From an uncultured bacterium (GTDB lineage Bacteria > Verrucomicrobiota > Verrucomicrobiia > Limisphaerales > UBA8199), in the NCBI GenBank assembly GCA_963749495.1, contig CAVVMW010000019.1:96001-160000 (forward strand): DNA of 64,000 bases, given 5' to 3'. The notes under the pieces were generated by a model. It was given only the letters and a program-made list of their open reading frames with translations, ran no database searches and was not told the origin of the DNA. Shown here piece by piece: positions 1 through 10,678 of this stretch. The translations under genes and the position numbers were made by a program. Position 1 is the first letter of the stretch, and the number at the start of each line of letters is the position of its first letter.

Positions 1-449
1 TCGAGCGCCGGCGGGTTGCTGAGAGGGTCCTTCCGCGCGGGCCTCATGGACGCTTCGTTCGGCTCTCTTCCGTTATTCGAGATTCTTAAATGCATCCGCC
101 GAAGTGCGCAAGCCCTCGAAGCAGTTCGCGCCTTTGTAAGGCTCTTGGGGTTTCTATCCTGGACGATCAGGGGGAGGAAACCTCTCATTCCCGCGGACAG
201 CGCTGCGTTCTTGCGCAAGGAGCAGAAAGGCAGGCTGCTGAAGGCCTGGCCATCCCGATCGAGAGGCCGCGTGGATGTTTGCAAACGTTCCCCCGCCTAG
301 GGCTCCGAGCCCGGCCATCGCGATTACGGGGGATCGCTTTGCCCCCGAGGAACTTGCTCACTCAGTCAAACTCCTGCCCCATGACGGCGCGTGGAGTCGC
401 ATTAACTCTTCTGGTTGCTTTGCCCGCGGCCGCACGGTCGCGGAGATGG

Positions 450-695
450 GCCGCAATAGGCTTGCTGGACGCGGAATGCCTGCGCCGTTGGAATCCCAAG
501 TCGCCGCTCTGGGGAACCGCGGCGCTTTAGGCGGTCACCGCGGCCCCCGCCCACGCCGAGGTCGTCTCCGGCGCCTGCATCATGATCCGGCGCGGCTTGT
601 TCGAGGGCATTGGCCGTTTCAGGGAGGATGACCTCATGAACGCGGAAGACGTGGAGCGTGGTTTTCGCGAGACCGGTAAAAAAAGTATGCACACC
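450..695 (+). pseudogene. Decayed fragment of a GT2 glycosyltransferase
   Basis: ORFs 90..530 and 582..962 share a frame. Reading through TAG 528-530 gives LLDAECLRRWNPKSPLWGTAAL*AVTAAPAHAEVVSGACIMIRRGLFEGIGRFREDDLMNAEDVE, resembling the GT2 motif 'VSGAC.MIRR..F..IG.F.E.YFMY.ED.D'. No intact N- or C-terminus. Confidence 0.6.
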
Positions 696-1170
696 CAAGC
701 CCGCCTGCGCCAAACCACCGAGCGACCCACGACCCCCCGTCCTTTTCGGTGCTTGTGCCCTGGATACCTAACGTCCTCCCGCCTTTTGCCCGGGGTAGTT
801 GGGGTGGCATTCTGGCCGCTTCTTAACCGCATGAGCTCCGTTCTTCCGAATGCCTTCGTAGCGACGGGCATAAACACTGGACTCGCTGGGCTGGCCGTTT
901 CTGTATCACTTTTAGCCAGGTGCTTCCAAGATTTGGGCATGGCCCGGGTGGCTGCGGCCTGAGGGTCGTCCGCCGAGCTCGAACGGCTGCTTTGCCCGCT
1001 TGGGGCCGCCCCTTTCGCGCGCTTGGCCGACCAGTCTTAGGTGACATACTTCCGCCAAATCCAAATCGCGCGGCACATGTTCGTTGCGGCGGGTTCCGCG
1101 ACTGGTTCCGGGCCGGCCGCGAACAGAACCATGCCAATCTGCAGCGTCGGGCTCCCCACACTCAATGAAC

Positions 1171-1186
1171 TGGCAATGTAAATGCT
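1171..1186 (+). promoter_or_regulatory. Candidate sigma-54 (-24/-12) promoter
   Basis: TGGCAATGTAAATGCT has the exact GG-N10-GC spacing and lies ~120 bp upstream of the first gene of the + strand run. A sigma-54 activator (PrsR) is encoded in the window. Confidence 0.4.
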
Positions 1187-1306
1187 CTGACGGGGAAACA
1201 GAGTCCTTGTGTTGCGGGACGAACACGTGCCACACCTCTCCCAAGGAGATTCCTCGGGGCGCGAGGGCCGTTTTTGCTCGCAGCGTTATTTAAATTGCGA
1301 GACCAT

Positions 1307-3133
1307 ATGAGCAGGAGTTTGAGAGCATTCTCCCCAGTCGCCTGGTTCATGGCCATTTTCATGGCCACGGCGCTGGGTTTGGCAAAGGATATTTACATCG
1401 CTCAGACGACGCAGGGTAGCGGCTCCGGGACGAATGCGGCCTCCGCCTGCGCAGTAGCTTGGTTCAACACGAGCGGAAACTGGGGAGCGGGCACCAACCA
1501 AATCAATCCAGGCGACACGGTTCATCTGGTCGGAACCGTGACAAGCAGCTTGACTTTTCAAGGTAGCGGCAAGCCGGGCAACAACATCACCCTCCTTTTT
1601 GAGCCTGGAGCAAACATGACGGCACCTTATTTCTCCACAAGCCCAATCCAGTTGGGAAGTCGCAGTTACTTGGTGGTGGACGGTGGCGTAAACGGGCTTA
1701 TTCAATGCACGGGCAATGGAACAACGAACGCCAACCAAGTGGCTGTGACCGCAGTCACGAGCACGACTACCAGCGGGAACATCACTGTTAAAAATCTGAC
1801 AATCGCCAACATGTATATCAGGACAACTGGTTCAGCCGACTACACCAACTGCGGCGGAATCAGTTTTTCGGGAACCTCCATCTCTAACATAGTTGTCTGC
1901 AACTGTTACATGACCTGGGTTCACAGCGGCGTCTATATTGGCTGGAAAGGCCCAAATAACGGGAATTTTCAGATTTACTCGAACAGTGTCCAGTGGTGCA
2001 ACTGGGGAATCGCGGTCGGCGATGGCGGTGCAAATTCCGTTCTGAATGGACTGGTTGTTCACGACAACAGAATCAACGGGATGACGCCATTTGATGACCC
2101 TAATAACGACAACCACCACGACGGTTTGTATGCTCCATGGGCGGAGAACAGCGGCTCTTACGCCACGAATATCACTGTTTACAACAACATTATTGGCCCT
2201 GACTTTGGAATTAACCTGCCTGCTACCGCAGCCATTTTCATGTCAAGTCAAATGGGCGCAGGCATCTGGAATGCCCTCATCTACAATAATGTGCTTTATT
2301 CCACATCGGCATACAAAACTCCAGCCTGCGGGTTCATGTATTTGTGGAAGGTCCAGGGCGCCGGAGTATACAACAATACAATGGATGCCGGTGGTTCTTC
2401 GGGACCGGGAGTGAGAATCAATGGAGGAACCAATGTCATTGTGATTAACAACATCGTGTCCAACGCTGGTCTCGGCATGGAAGATGACACCGCTGTCGGA
2501 TCCGGCGGACTCTTGCAGTGCGATTACAATGATTACTACAATAATAACGGCAACATGAATTACGGTGGTAGTTCGTGGATAAGCTATTCCTCATGGAAGG
2601 CCCTCGGCTTCGACGCTCATTCGACAACTGGCGACCCCAAGTACGTGAATGCTGCCGGTTACAATTTCAACATTCAAAGCAGTAGCGCAGCTAAGGACGC
2701 CGGCACGAGCGAGAGCGCCTACTTCACGACGGACATCCTGGGTGCGACCCGGCCCCAAGGTTCTGCCTGGGACATCGGCGCTTACGAATACTTGCAGGGC
2801 GGGGCCCCCAGCATTGCGGTTATTCCGGGCAGCCTGAGCTACGGTTCGATGATTGCTGGCACGAGCTCCAACCAGACTTTTATCGTACAGAATACCGGCA
2901 CCGGCATACTCTCCGGGAGCGCGAGCGTGGCGACGCCTTTCAGCATCATTTCAGGCGCTTCCTACAGTCTGGGCGCAGCTCAAAGCCAGACGGTCACGGT
3001 CCAGTACAGCCCTACGATTGCGGGGACCAATACGCAGACGGTGACGTTTAGCGGCGCGGCCGGAGCGACCGCAACGGTGAGCGGGTCGGCCTTGCCGTCG
3101 CCGCCCACGAACCTTAGGCTGATCTCTCAGTGA
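1307..3133 (+). CDS. Secreted right-handed beta-helix (pectin lyase-like fold) protein with choice-of-anchor Q-like region and C-terminal ASH-type Ig domain
   Basis: Signal peptide (WFMAIFMATALGLA-KDIY), PGDTVHLVGT motif, Asn-rich NITVYNN/IYNN repeats, DILGATRPQGSAWDIGAYEY, then LSYGSM..QTFIVQNTGTGILSG. Start could be 1274, 1307 or 1349. Confidence 0.8.
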   Translation: MSRSLRAFSPVAWFMAIFMATALGLAKDIYIAQTTQGSGSGTNAASACAVAWFNTSGNWGAGTNQINPGDTVHLVGTVTSSLTFQGSGKPGNNITLLFEPGANMTAPYFSTSPIQLGSRSYLVVDGGVNGLIQCTGNGTTNANQVAVTAVTSTTTSGNITVKNLTIANMYIRTTGSADYTNCGGISFSGTSISNIVVCNCYMTWVHSGVYIGWKGPNNGNFQIYSNSVQWCNWGIAVGDGGANSVLNGLVVHDNRINGMTPFDDPNNDNHHDGLYAPWAENSGSYATNITVYNNIIGPDFGINLPATAAIFMSSQMGAGIWNALIYNNVLYSTSAYKTPACGFMYLWKVQGAGVYNNTMDAGGSSGPGVRINGGTNVIVINNIVSNAGLGMEDDTAVGSGGLLQCDYNDYYNNNGNMNYGGSSWISYSSWKALGFDAHSTTGDPKYVNAAGYNFNIQSSSAAKDAGTSESAYFTTDILGATRPQGSAWDIGAYEYLQGGAPSIAVIPGSLSYGSMIAGTSSNQTFIVQNTGTGILSGSASVATPFSIISGASYSLGAAQSQTVTVQYSPTIAGTNTQTVTFSGAAGATATVSGSALPSPPTNLRLISQ

Positions 3134-3342
3134 CCTTGCCGAACCTTGGCTCCCGGCGGACTGGATCCTGTCTGGGTTAAGTGGGCGGAACCAAAATTGG
3201 GGCGGAACAACCCAAGACGCGGTGCGTTGATCCGCGCCATCCACGCCACACCGAGTGCGCCATTCAAGAACCACACACGCAAGGCCTGACATCATGCTGG
3301 GCAAAGGCAGTACCTTCACGGCTTCCTCGAGCACGTAGGTTT

Positions 3343-4689
3343 ATGAACGTCGCCGGGCTTTCCCTCACGCTTCTCTTCGGTTCAATAATCTTGCTTTGCC
3401 CCCGGCGATGGGCGCTCCTGGCAATGATGGCCGGCGTGCTCTATCTTACTCAAGCGCAAGAGGTTGTCGTTTTTGGCTTCCATCTCTTCGCGATCAGACT
3501 GCTCGGGCTGGCGGGGTTCATTCGAGTCATTATTCGCCGGGAGTTCTCGGCTCATCGGCTCAACGATTTGGACCGCCTGTTTTTCCTTTTCTACGGTTAC
3601 ACGGCAATTGTTTTTTTAATACGGTCCGAAGTGGACCAAGCTTACATGATCGGTTCAGCACTGGATGCCCTTGTTTTCTATCTTGCTTTCAGGGGTCTCG
3701 TGGGGGACATTGAAGATTTCAAAGCGTTCCTAGCTGACTTTGGCCTTCTTTTGGCGCCGTATGCCGCGTTGGTGTTGTCGGAGGCGATAACCGGCCAGAC
3801 TCCTTTCAGCCTATTGGGCTCCCAAGAGATCGATTGGGCGAGGGGTGGAAGACCGCGGTGCGTTGGAAGTTTTCGGAATCCTGAGTTGCTGGGCACACTT
3901 GGTTCGAGTTTTGTCCCTCTTTATATTGCGCTATGGTTTCACCGGAAGGAGCGGCTTCTCCCGGTAATGGCCATTGTAATGTGCCTGTTTATTATCTGGG
4001 CATCGAACTCAGGGGGATCGTGGTGCTGCTTGGGGGTTGGAGTTAGCGGATGGCTTCTTTGGAGCCTTCGTACAAGGATGAAGGTAGTGCGCCGGGCGGC
4101 GGGCCTGGGAATTGTGCTGCTCGCCCTTGTGATGAAGGCGCCGATCTGGTACCTGTTGGCCAGGATAAGCTCAGTCACTGGCGGGGACGGTTATCATCGA
4201 GCCCGGCTTTTGGATTTATTCTTCCAAAACCTCGACAAGTGGTGGCTAGCCGGCATGCGAGTTGCTGCTACCAATGAATGGTTTGCCTATCTGCTGCCAA
4301 GCGGCCAGGCAGATCTGTGCTCGGCGATTGTAGGCTACGGCATTGCAGCCGGCGTGGGTGCGGTCATTTTGTTTTTCGCGCTTTTAACCCAAGCTTTTAA
4401 GGCCTTGGGCGCCGGCATGGCTCACACCGGCTCCGATGAAGGACCGCCCGATGGACCGGAATATTTACTGTGGGGGCTTGGCGTGATGCTCTCGGTGCAT
4501 GTTTTCAATTGGCTGGGCATAACGTATTTTGACCAGACCAAGGTGTACTGGTTCATGCAGTTGGCGAGCATTTCGAGCCTTTCAGGACCCTTTATGCGCG
4601 GTCAGCCTGTTGATGCGCACGGACGTGCCCATCTTGAACCGGAGGATGTACGCGTGACCTCGCATGCCGGGATGGCGGAGAGTTTCTAA
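3343..4689 (+). CDS. O-antigen ligase/Wzy polymerase-like membrane protein
   Basis: About 10-12 hydrophobic segments, R..GSFRNPELLG and GGDGYHRA loop motifs, polysaccharide-cluster context. Confidence 0.7.
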   Translation: MNVAGLSLTLLFGSIILLCPRRWALLAMMAGVLYLTQAQEVVVFGFHLFAIRLLGLAGFIRVIIRREFSAHRLNDLDRLFFLFYGYTAIVFLIRSEVDQAYMIGSALDALVFYLAFRGLVGDIEDFKAFLADFGLLLAPYAALVLSEAITGQTPFSLLGSQEIDWARGGRPRCVGSFRNPELLGTLGSSFVPLYIALWFHRKERLLPVMAIVMCLFIIWASNSGGSWCCLGVGVSGWLLWSLRTRMKVVRRAAGLGIVLLALVMKAPIWYLLARISSVTGGDGYHRARLLDLFFQNLDKWWLAGMRVAATNEWFAYLLPSGQADLCSAIVGYGIAAGVGAVILFFALLTQAFKALGAGMAHTGSDEGPPDGPEYLLWGLGVMLSVHVFNWLGITYFDQTKVYWFMQLASISSLSGPFMRGQPVDAHGRAHLEPEDVRVTSHAGMAESF

Positions 4690-4753
4690 TTATCGTCAGC
4701 AGTGCAATAGGAACAGCTATCCGTCCATTGTGCGCCGGCGATTTACCTTGTAT

Positions 4754-5407
4754 ATGTTCATTCTCAACTTTCATGGTTTGGGGGAGCCGACCAGGGAGTT
4801 GCCCTCGAGCGAGAAGGATTGCTGGCTCGATGCGGGCATTTTTGAAATGATCCTCGACCTGATACTGTGGCGGCAGGACGTGCGCATAACCTTCGATGAC
4901 ACCAACGAATCGGATTTTTCGATCGCGCTCCCGTTGCTTAAGGCGAGGAACCTCAGCGCTCAGTTCTTTGTTGTCGCCGGAAGGATAGGCCAAGAATCCT
5001 TTTTGTCGACTGCCCAACTCCTGGCACTCCGGGCGGAGGGGATGGCTATCGGAAACCATGGCATGTGGCATAGCAATTGGCGTGATTTGAGCGACCAGGG
5101 CCTTGAGGAAGAACTGGTTCAGGCCAAGGACTCAATTGAACAGATCATCGGGGCTTCCGTTTTGGATGCAGCCTGTCCCTACGGGGCCTACGACCACCGG
5201 GTTCTGAAGAGGCTGGTTCAGTTGGGCTACCACGCGGTGTACACCAGTGACGGCGGGCCTGCCTCGCTGACCTCGTGGCTCCGGCCAAGGAATACCGTGC
5301 GCCGTTCCCACGACATTGGCCGGATTCTGAGGAGTATTTCTGAGGTCCCCCGCGGCCTGCCGGGACTTTGGCGCCGGCTAAAACTGCTGATCAAACGCTG
5401 GCGGTAA
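4754..5407 (+). CDS. Polysaccharide deacetylase (NodB/CE4)
   Basis: NFHG, ITFDD, IGNHGMWH and CPYG motifs. Confidence 0.85.
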   Translation: MFILNFHGLGEPTRELPSSEKDCWLDAGIFEMILDLILWRQDVRITFDDTNESDFSIALPLLKARNLSAQFFVVAGRIGQESFLSTAQLLALRAEGMAIGNHGMWHSNWRDLSDQGLEEELVQAKDSIEQIIGASVLDAACPYGAYDHRVLKRLVQLGYHAVYTSDGGPASLTSWLRPRNTVRRSHDIGRILRSISEVPRGLPGLWRRLKLLIKRWR

Positions 5408-5429
5408 TGGTGCCGCGCCTGCGCTGGAC

Positions 5430-6638
5430 ATGGTCACGAATGTAATCCTGGCCTTCGCCGAATCACTTTCGGCGCCTGAGGTGACCTGGAGCTTGGCTGA
5501 CCACGGCTTCCATGTGGTGGCGTTGGCGCGCCGGGGACGCCCCTCGGCGCTGCGGCACAGCCGCTTCGCCCGGGTGTTCGAGATCGCACCGCCGGCCTCT
5601 GACTTCACGGCGGCGATGGCCAACGTCAGGACGGCTTGCGCTCGCGTACTGCAATCTTCAGGGGCTGTGGGGATAATGCCCCTGGATGACGAAGCCATCT
5701 GGTTGTGCGAGAAGGCGGGATTCGAGGACCGAGTCGTGCTGATCGGGCCCGGCGGCGACCAGGCCGAACTCGCCCTGAATAAACAGAAGCAGGTCGAGTT
5801 GGCACAAGCGTCGGGCTTCTCTGTGCCACGGACCCGTTGCGTCGAGCGGCCCGAGGAGGTCCGCGCCCAACTCCCCGAGTTCCCGGTCGTGTTCAAGCCG
5901 GCCCTGGCCGTTACGGTGGCCGGCGGAGGGTTATCGAGAGGCCGCAGTTGGACTTGTTCTGACAGAGATGAACTCGAATCGGCCATCGAAGGCTGGGGAG
6001 GGCGGGGTCCGATGCTGCTCCAGCCGTTCATCCCCGGTGTCGGCGAGGGGCTCTTTGGCCTCGCGACGGCCGGCGGCGTTCTGGGCTGGAGCGGGCACCG
6101 GAGGCTGCGCATGATGAATCCCCAGGGCTCCGGGTCCAGTGCCTGCATGGCTTCCCGCCAGATAGATCAGGCGTGCAAATCGGCTGGCGAACGTTTTGTG
6201 CGCCTCTCCCGATGGCGCGGCCTCTTCATGATCGAGCTGCTCCGCGACGATAGTGGCAAGCGGTGGTTCATGGAGTTTAATGGACGGTCGTGGGGCAGCA
6301 TGGCGCTGGCTCGCCGTTTGGGACTTGAGTATCCTGCCTGGGCCGCCACCATGGCGTTCGCCCCGGATTCCGTCCCCGCTGTCCCCCGATTGGACGATAC
6401 CTCGCTCGTCTGCCGGCACCTGGGCAGGGAAATACTGCATCTCTTGTTTGTCCTGCGCGGTCCCAGGTCGAAGGCCCTCCGGACCTGGCCCTCTCCGTGG
6501 AGAACGCTGCTCGAGCTGTGCCGCCTCAGCTCGAACCAGCGGTGGTACAATTGGCGCCGCGACGATCCCAAGGTCTTCTTCGCCGATTCTTATCGCACTA
6601 TCCGTGACCAATTGGCCAAGCCAGCCCATCGGCCATGA
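5430..6638 (+). CDS. ATP-grasp domain carboxylate-amine ligase
   Basis: NKQKQ..A...GFSVPRT, FPVVFKP, LLQPFIPG, FMIE and FMEFNGRSWGS motifs. Confidence 0.8.
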   Translation: MVTNVILAFAESLSAPEVTWSLADHGFHVVALARRGRPSALRHSRFARVFEIAPPASDFTAAMANVRTACARVLQSSGAVGIMPLDDEAIWLCEKAGFEDRVVLIGPGGDQAELALNKQKQVELAQASGFSVPRTRCVERPEEVRAQLPEFPVVFKPALAVTVAGGGLSRGRSWTCSDRDELESAIEGWGGRGPMLLQPFIPGVGEGLFGLATAGGVLGWSGHRRLRMMNPQGSGSSACMASRQIDQACKSAGERFVRLSRWRGLFMIELLRDDSGKRWFMEFNGRSWGSMALARRLGLEYPAWAATMAFAPDSVPAVPRLDDTSLVCRHLGREILHLLFVLRGPRSKALRTWPSPWRTLLELCRLSSNQRWYNWRRDDPKVFFADSYRTIRDQLAKPAHRP

Positions 6639-7388
6639 TTTCCCTCCGCGCAGCTTGTCACGTCCACTCCGATTGGTCTTATGACGGGAAGTGGCCGCTG
6701 GAGCGCATCGCCGCGGCCTTTTCCCGGCGCGGTTATCGCGTCGTGATGCTCACCGAACACGATCGCGGATTCGATGAGGCGCGCCGCCTGCAGCATCGCG
6801 AGGCCTGCCGCCGCGCCAGCTCCAAACGAATCTTGTTACTGCCGGGAATCGAATACAGTGACCGCGCCAACTGCGTGCACGTCCTGACTTGGGGAGATGT
6901 TCCGTTTGCCGGCGAAAACGCATCGAACCGAAGAAGTGCTGGCTGCCGTTCACGAATCCGGAGGAGTGGCTGTGTTTGCGCATCCGAGCCGCAGCGATGC
7001 CTGGAAGCGATTTAACCCTGACTGGAACGCCCGCCTCGTCGGCATCGAGTGCTGGAATCGCAAGACCGATGGCTGGGCACCCAGCCAAGATGCGTGGCGC
7101 CTTCTGCGGGTGAGCCGTGCGGTTCCCTTCGCGGGCCAGGACTTCCACGATGCCCGGCAGTTTTTCCCGCTATCAACGGTCCTCCAGGTGGAAGAGCCGA
7201 TAATTGAGACCACGGTGCTTGCCTGCCTGAGGCTGGTGCGGTGCCGCTCCACAGCTTTCGGCTTTCCAATCGAGCGGTTTGCCGTTGGGTTGGGCGCGGG
7301 GGCCCTGCGTTGCGCCGAGTTTGCCCGCCGCCGGGCAGCCTTCCTGTACCGGAATCTCCTGAGCCGAACATGCGCTCACGGGCCGTGA
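6635..7388 (+). CDS. PHP-domain metal-dependent phosphoesterase (1-nt frameshift near 6927)
   Basis: CHVHSDWSYDG, LTEHD and PGIEY in 6635..7015. FAHP, IECWN and GQDFH in 6897..7388. The two join at GCATCG-A-ACC. Confidence 0.75.
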
Positions 7389-7486
7389 GCGAGCCGCCGA
7401 TCCCCCGGACCAGGAAATCCGCCGCAAGTCGCACGTTACGCATTACCAGCAACGCCAGCAGCACACCTAAGCCGACTTTTTTGGCT

Positions 7487-8404
7487 ATGCCGTACGTCAG
7501 CGTCGTGATGCCCTGTTTTAATCATGATCGCTTTGTAGGCGAGTCTATACAGAGCATCCTGAATCAATCACATTCGCAGCTCCAACTTATTATCGTGGAT
7601 GACTGCTCTTCCGATGATTCGCGTCAAGTGATCCTCGATTTTGCCAAGCGCGACCCCAGGGTAACGGTGGTTTTCCACGACCGCAACCGGGGCGCGTCGA
7701 GATCCCGGAACGATGGAATCCGGATGGCGGAAGGCGATTTTATTGCCTTTTGCGACGCCGACGATCTCTGGCTCCCGAACAAATTGGCCGTACAATTGGA
7801 CCAGCTTCATCAGCATGCCGGTTATGGCGTAGCCTACTGCGACGCAACCATTGTCGATGAAACGGGCCGGCCGGTTGGTTCGCAGCGTTTCAGCCAGATG
7901 TTTCCCCCGCCCGCCAATCCGTCCGGTTCCCTGTTTGCCGATCTCTGCTTACGGAACTTCATAAACACCCAGACCGTGATGATCCGCAAGGATTGCCTTG
8001 CGCATGGCGATTTGTTCGACGAGAAGATAAAATGGGTGGAGGATTGGTGGTGCTGGATATCGCTGTCGAGACGGCATCTTTTCTACTATTCAACCCAACC
8101 CTTGGCCATGTACCGCGTGCATACCCAGAGCACATGTGTAACTCAGCGCGCCGGGTACGATGCCAACCGCTATAAGGTGCTCAGGCGCGTGATGAAGCGA
8201 TGCCCCGAGTTGAGCCCCCGCGCGAAGGCCGAGATATGGTACCATATGGGGGTGGGACTGTACCATTTGGGAAAAGGCAGGCTGGCGAGGAGATTCTTTT
8301 TGAGGAGCCTAGGGGCGAGCGTGCGTAGTCGTTGCACTCTAAGGCAGTGCGCTCGAGCTGCTTTGCGCTTTCTCTTTGGTGTGCCTGGGAGGCACTATCC
8401 ATGA
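7487..8404 (+). CDS. Glycosyltransferase family 2
   Basis: VSVVMPCFN, IIVDDCSSD, SRNDG, FCDADDLW and VEDW motifs. Confidence 0.9.
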   Translation: MPYVSVVMPCFNHDRFVGESIQSILNQSHSQLQLIIVDDCSSDDSRQVILDFAKRDPRVTVVFHDRNRGASRSRNDGIRMAEGDFIAFCDADDLWLPNKLAVQLDQLHQHAGYGVAYCDATIVDETGRPVGSQRFSQMFPPPANPSGSLFADLCLRNFINTQTVMIRKDCLAHGDLFDEKIKWVEDWWCWISLSRRHLFYYSTQPLAMYRVHTQSTCVTQRAGYDANRYKVLRRVMKRCPELSPRAKAEIWYHMGVGLYHLGKGRLARRFFLRSLGASVRSRCTLRQCARAALRFLFGVPGRHYP

Positions 8405-8536
8405 TCTGTCGCCTGGGCCTCGCGCTGCTTACAGGCCGTGGGAATCGGGCCGAGCGGCATGGGCCCACGCTGCCGCGGATAGCCCCTGTTATGAATGTTG
8501 CACAGGAACTGAAAGCTAAAACATGGAGGAGTCCTT

Positions 8537-9154
8537 ATGGTAGTCTTCTCGAATTGGTTTCGTGGCCTTCAGCATAACGTCCTCTCAATGAAAGGCTTCC
8601 ACTTCCTGGCGACCCGGTTTGGCGGCGCGTCGTTACGAAGGTTGTCGTTCGATGCCAAGTTCCAGACCGGTGCGTGGAACTATGCAGGTGATGAGATGCT
8701 CGCGAAAGTGGTTATGCACTACGGTCGCCAGCGCAAACTATTGATCATGGGGTGCGGCGTCGCGGGCATCCTGGCCAATGCTGGCATCGCGGCGTTCAGC
8801 TCCATTCTCGGCATCGACATCTCAGGTGAAGCTATCCGGTTGGCAGGGGGCTACGAATCTCCCCGTGCCAGATTTCGACAGGCCGACATGGCTACCTTCC
8901 ACCCAGATGAAACTTACGACGTGATTCTCTTCCCAGAGTCCATTTATTACGTGCCATTTTGGAGACGCAGGCGTTTGCTGCGGAGCCTTTCGTGCAGCTT
9001 GACCCCTGGCGGATGCTTCGTCATAACAATTGCGCATCCGCTCAAATATGCCGGGCTCCTTCGCATGATTCGTCGCAACTTCACGGTTATGGAGGACAGG
9101 CACTTTGAAGGATCGACCAGGCACCTAATTGTTTTCGGCCCCGAAACCAAGTGA
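8537..9154 (+). CDS. Class I SAM-dependent methyltransferase
   Basis: LIMGCGVAG motif I, GIDIS, QADM, YDVILFPESIYY and LTPGG. Confidence 0.75.
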   Translation: MVVFSNWFRGLQHNVLSMKGFHFLATRFGGASLRRLSFDAKFQTGAWNYAGDEMLAKVVMHYGRQRKLLIMGCGVAGILANAGIAAFSSILGIDISGEAIRLAGGYESPRARFRQADMATFHPDETYDVILFPESIYYVPFWRRRRLLRSLSCSLTPGGCFVITIAHPLKYAGLLRMIRRNFTVMEDRHFEGSTRHLIVFGPETK

Positions 9155-9370
9155 GGGCCAACGGCCTGATAGCTGTCGGAAGCGCGCCGAGCCCCCACTG
9201 TGTCACGCTAAGCCAGCAGGTGCGGCGGGTGCAATCGTTCGCTGTACCTTTCGCATCCGTCTTCTCGGCCTGGGGAGCTGAAAGAAAATGAAGCCGCGAT
9301 TAGCGGACCAGTTCCTCCCTCCGGACTTTGCACCCGGATGAAACCGGCCAATTCCGAAATCGATCATAGA

Positions 9371-10672
9371 ATGAAATTGCTGCTTGTTAATCCGTATGCC
9401 TTCACCCACGGTTGGAGTGGCGATACGCTTCGTACGATAGAGATGTCGCGGGTCCTCTCCAGGCTGGGCTGGCAGGTGAGTCTTTTGTGCTGCAAGCGGC
9501 CGAAAGATGCCCGAGTGAAGCCTGTGATTGGCGCGTTTTCAGGCCGCGTCGTGACGGCGCCATTCAATGGACCTTATCCTGCGTTCTTTAACCGCAGAGG
9601 CTTTGGGCGTCTTTACAAATGGTGGCGGTTTCTGTTGTGTCCAGGCGAGCAGCAGGATTCTGAGCAGGTGATGGCGGCTCGGGTAGTACGATTCGCAAGG
9701 GATTCGGCTATTCCGAAACCGGATCTGATTTGTGGGACTACTATGGGCCAATTGGCGGGGCCCCTCGCGGCCCAACACTTGGGTGCTCATTTCCAGTGCC
9801 CCTTCGTCGTCGAATTCCGAGATCCGATTCCCTATCCCGGAAGGCCCCCACTGCCGCCCGATAGGAAGTCCCTGTTGGAGTCGTGCCTCTCGCGCAGCGC
9901 GCTCATACTGACGACCACTGAAGGCATTCAGCAAAAGGTCGAGGAGGAATTTCCCGTCGTCCGGGGCAGGGTTCGAACCTTCTACTCATGCTATGCCGAT
10001 GATGTTCGGCCTCCAGCAAGTGGGGTCTCGAAGCAGGGGAACCTGGTGTTAGTCCATGCGGGGGTGCTGCTCTATGTGTATGGTGGCAAGCGGCGCAACG
10101 CGACGACCTTGGTGCAGGCGATTGGGGAAGCCGCAAGATCGGAACCCTCTGCTCAGGGGCGGATCAATTTGCGGTTGATCGGTGCGGGCAGGGGAGGCGA
10201 AGAGGCGGTTGCCGTGGCGCGTGAGCTTAAGATCCCTTGGGCGGTCGAACTGCTGCCGCAAATGCCTCCAGAGGCCTGCCTGGCTGAGATGGATCGCGCC
10301 GACGTGCTGGTCGCGATAAAGTTCGACGACGCGGATTACGACCTGCAGGTGCCGGGAAAGGTGTTTCAATATCTCGGACGGGGCAAGCCAATCCTTGGCC
10401 TTATGCGCGAGACCGAGGCTGCGAGGATTCTACGCCGTTCGGGGCTTGGGATTGTGGTGAGCAGCTCCGACGTTGCAGGAATCTCTGCAGCCGTGATCGA
10501 CCTTTGGAGGAACCGCGCGTGTCTCCCTGGGAGATTTCAGCCCGATTGGGATTATATCGGGCAGTTTTCTCTCAGCGCGATGGGCAAGCGTCTCGACCGA
10601 GAACTGAGAGATGTGCTGGGAGCTCAAAGGGCGATTTCCATGAAGGGAGCCAGCGTACCGCCGCTGAAATGA
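9371..10672 (+). CDS. Glycosyltransferase family 4 (GT-B)
   Basis: VEFRDP, LVHAG, ADVLV and PGKVFQYLGRGKPILG motifs. Alternative start 9338. Confidence 0.8.
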   Translation: MKLLLVNPYAFTHGWSGDTLRTIEMSRVLSRLGWQVSLLCCKRPKDARVKPVIGAFSGRVVTAPFNGPYPAFFNRRGFGRLYKWWRFLLCPGEQQDSEQVMAARVVRFARDSAIPKPDLICGTTMGQLAGPLAAQHLGAHFQCPFVVEFRDPIPYPGRPPLPPDRKSLLESCLSRSALILTTTEGIQQKVEEEFPVVRGRVRTFYSCYADDVRPPASGVSKQGNLVLVHAGVLLYVYGGKRRNATTLVQAIGEAARSEPSAQGRINLRLIGAGRGGEEAVAVARELKIPWAVELLPQMPPEACLAEMDRADVLVAIKFDDADYDLQVPGKVFQYLGRGKPILGLMRETEAARILRRSGLGIVVSSSDVAGISAAVIDLWRNRACLPGRFQPDWDYIGQFSLSAMGKRLDRELRDVLGAQRAISMKGASVPPLK

Positions 10673-10678
10673 ACAAGT

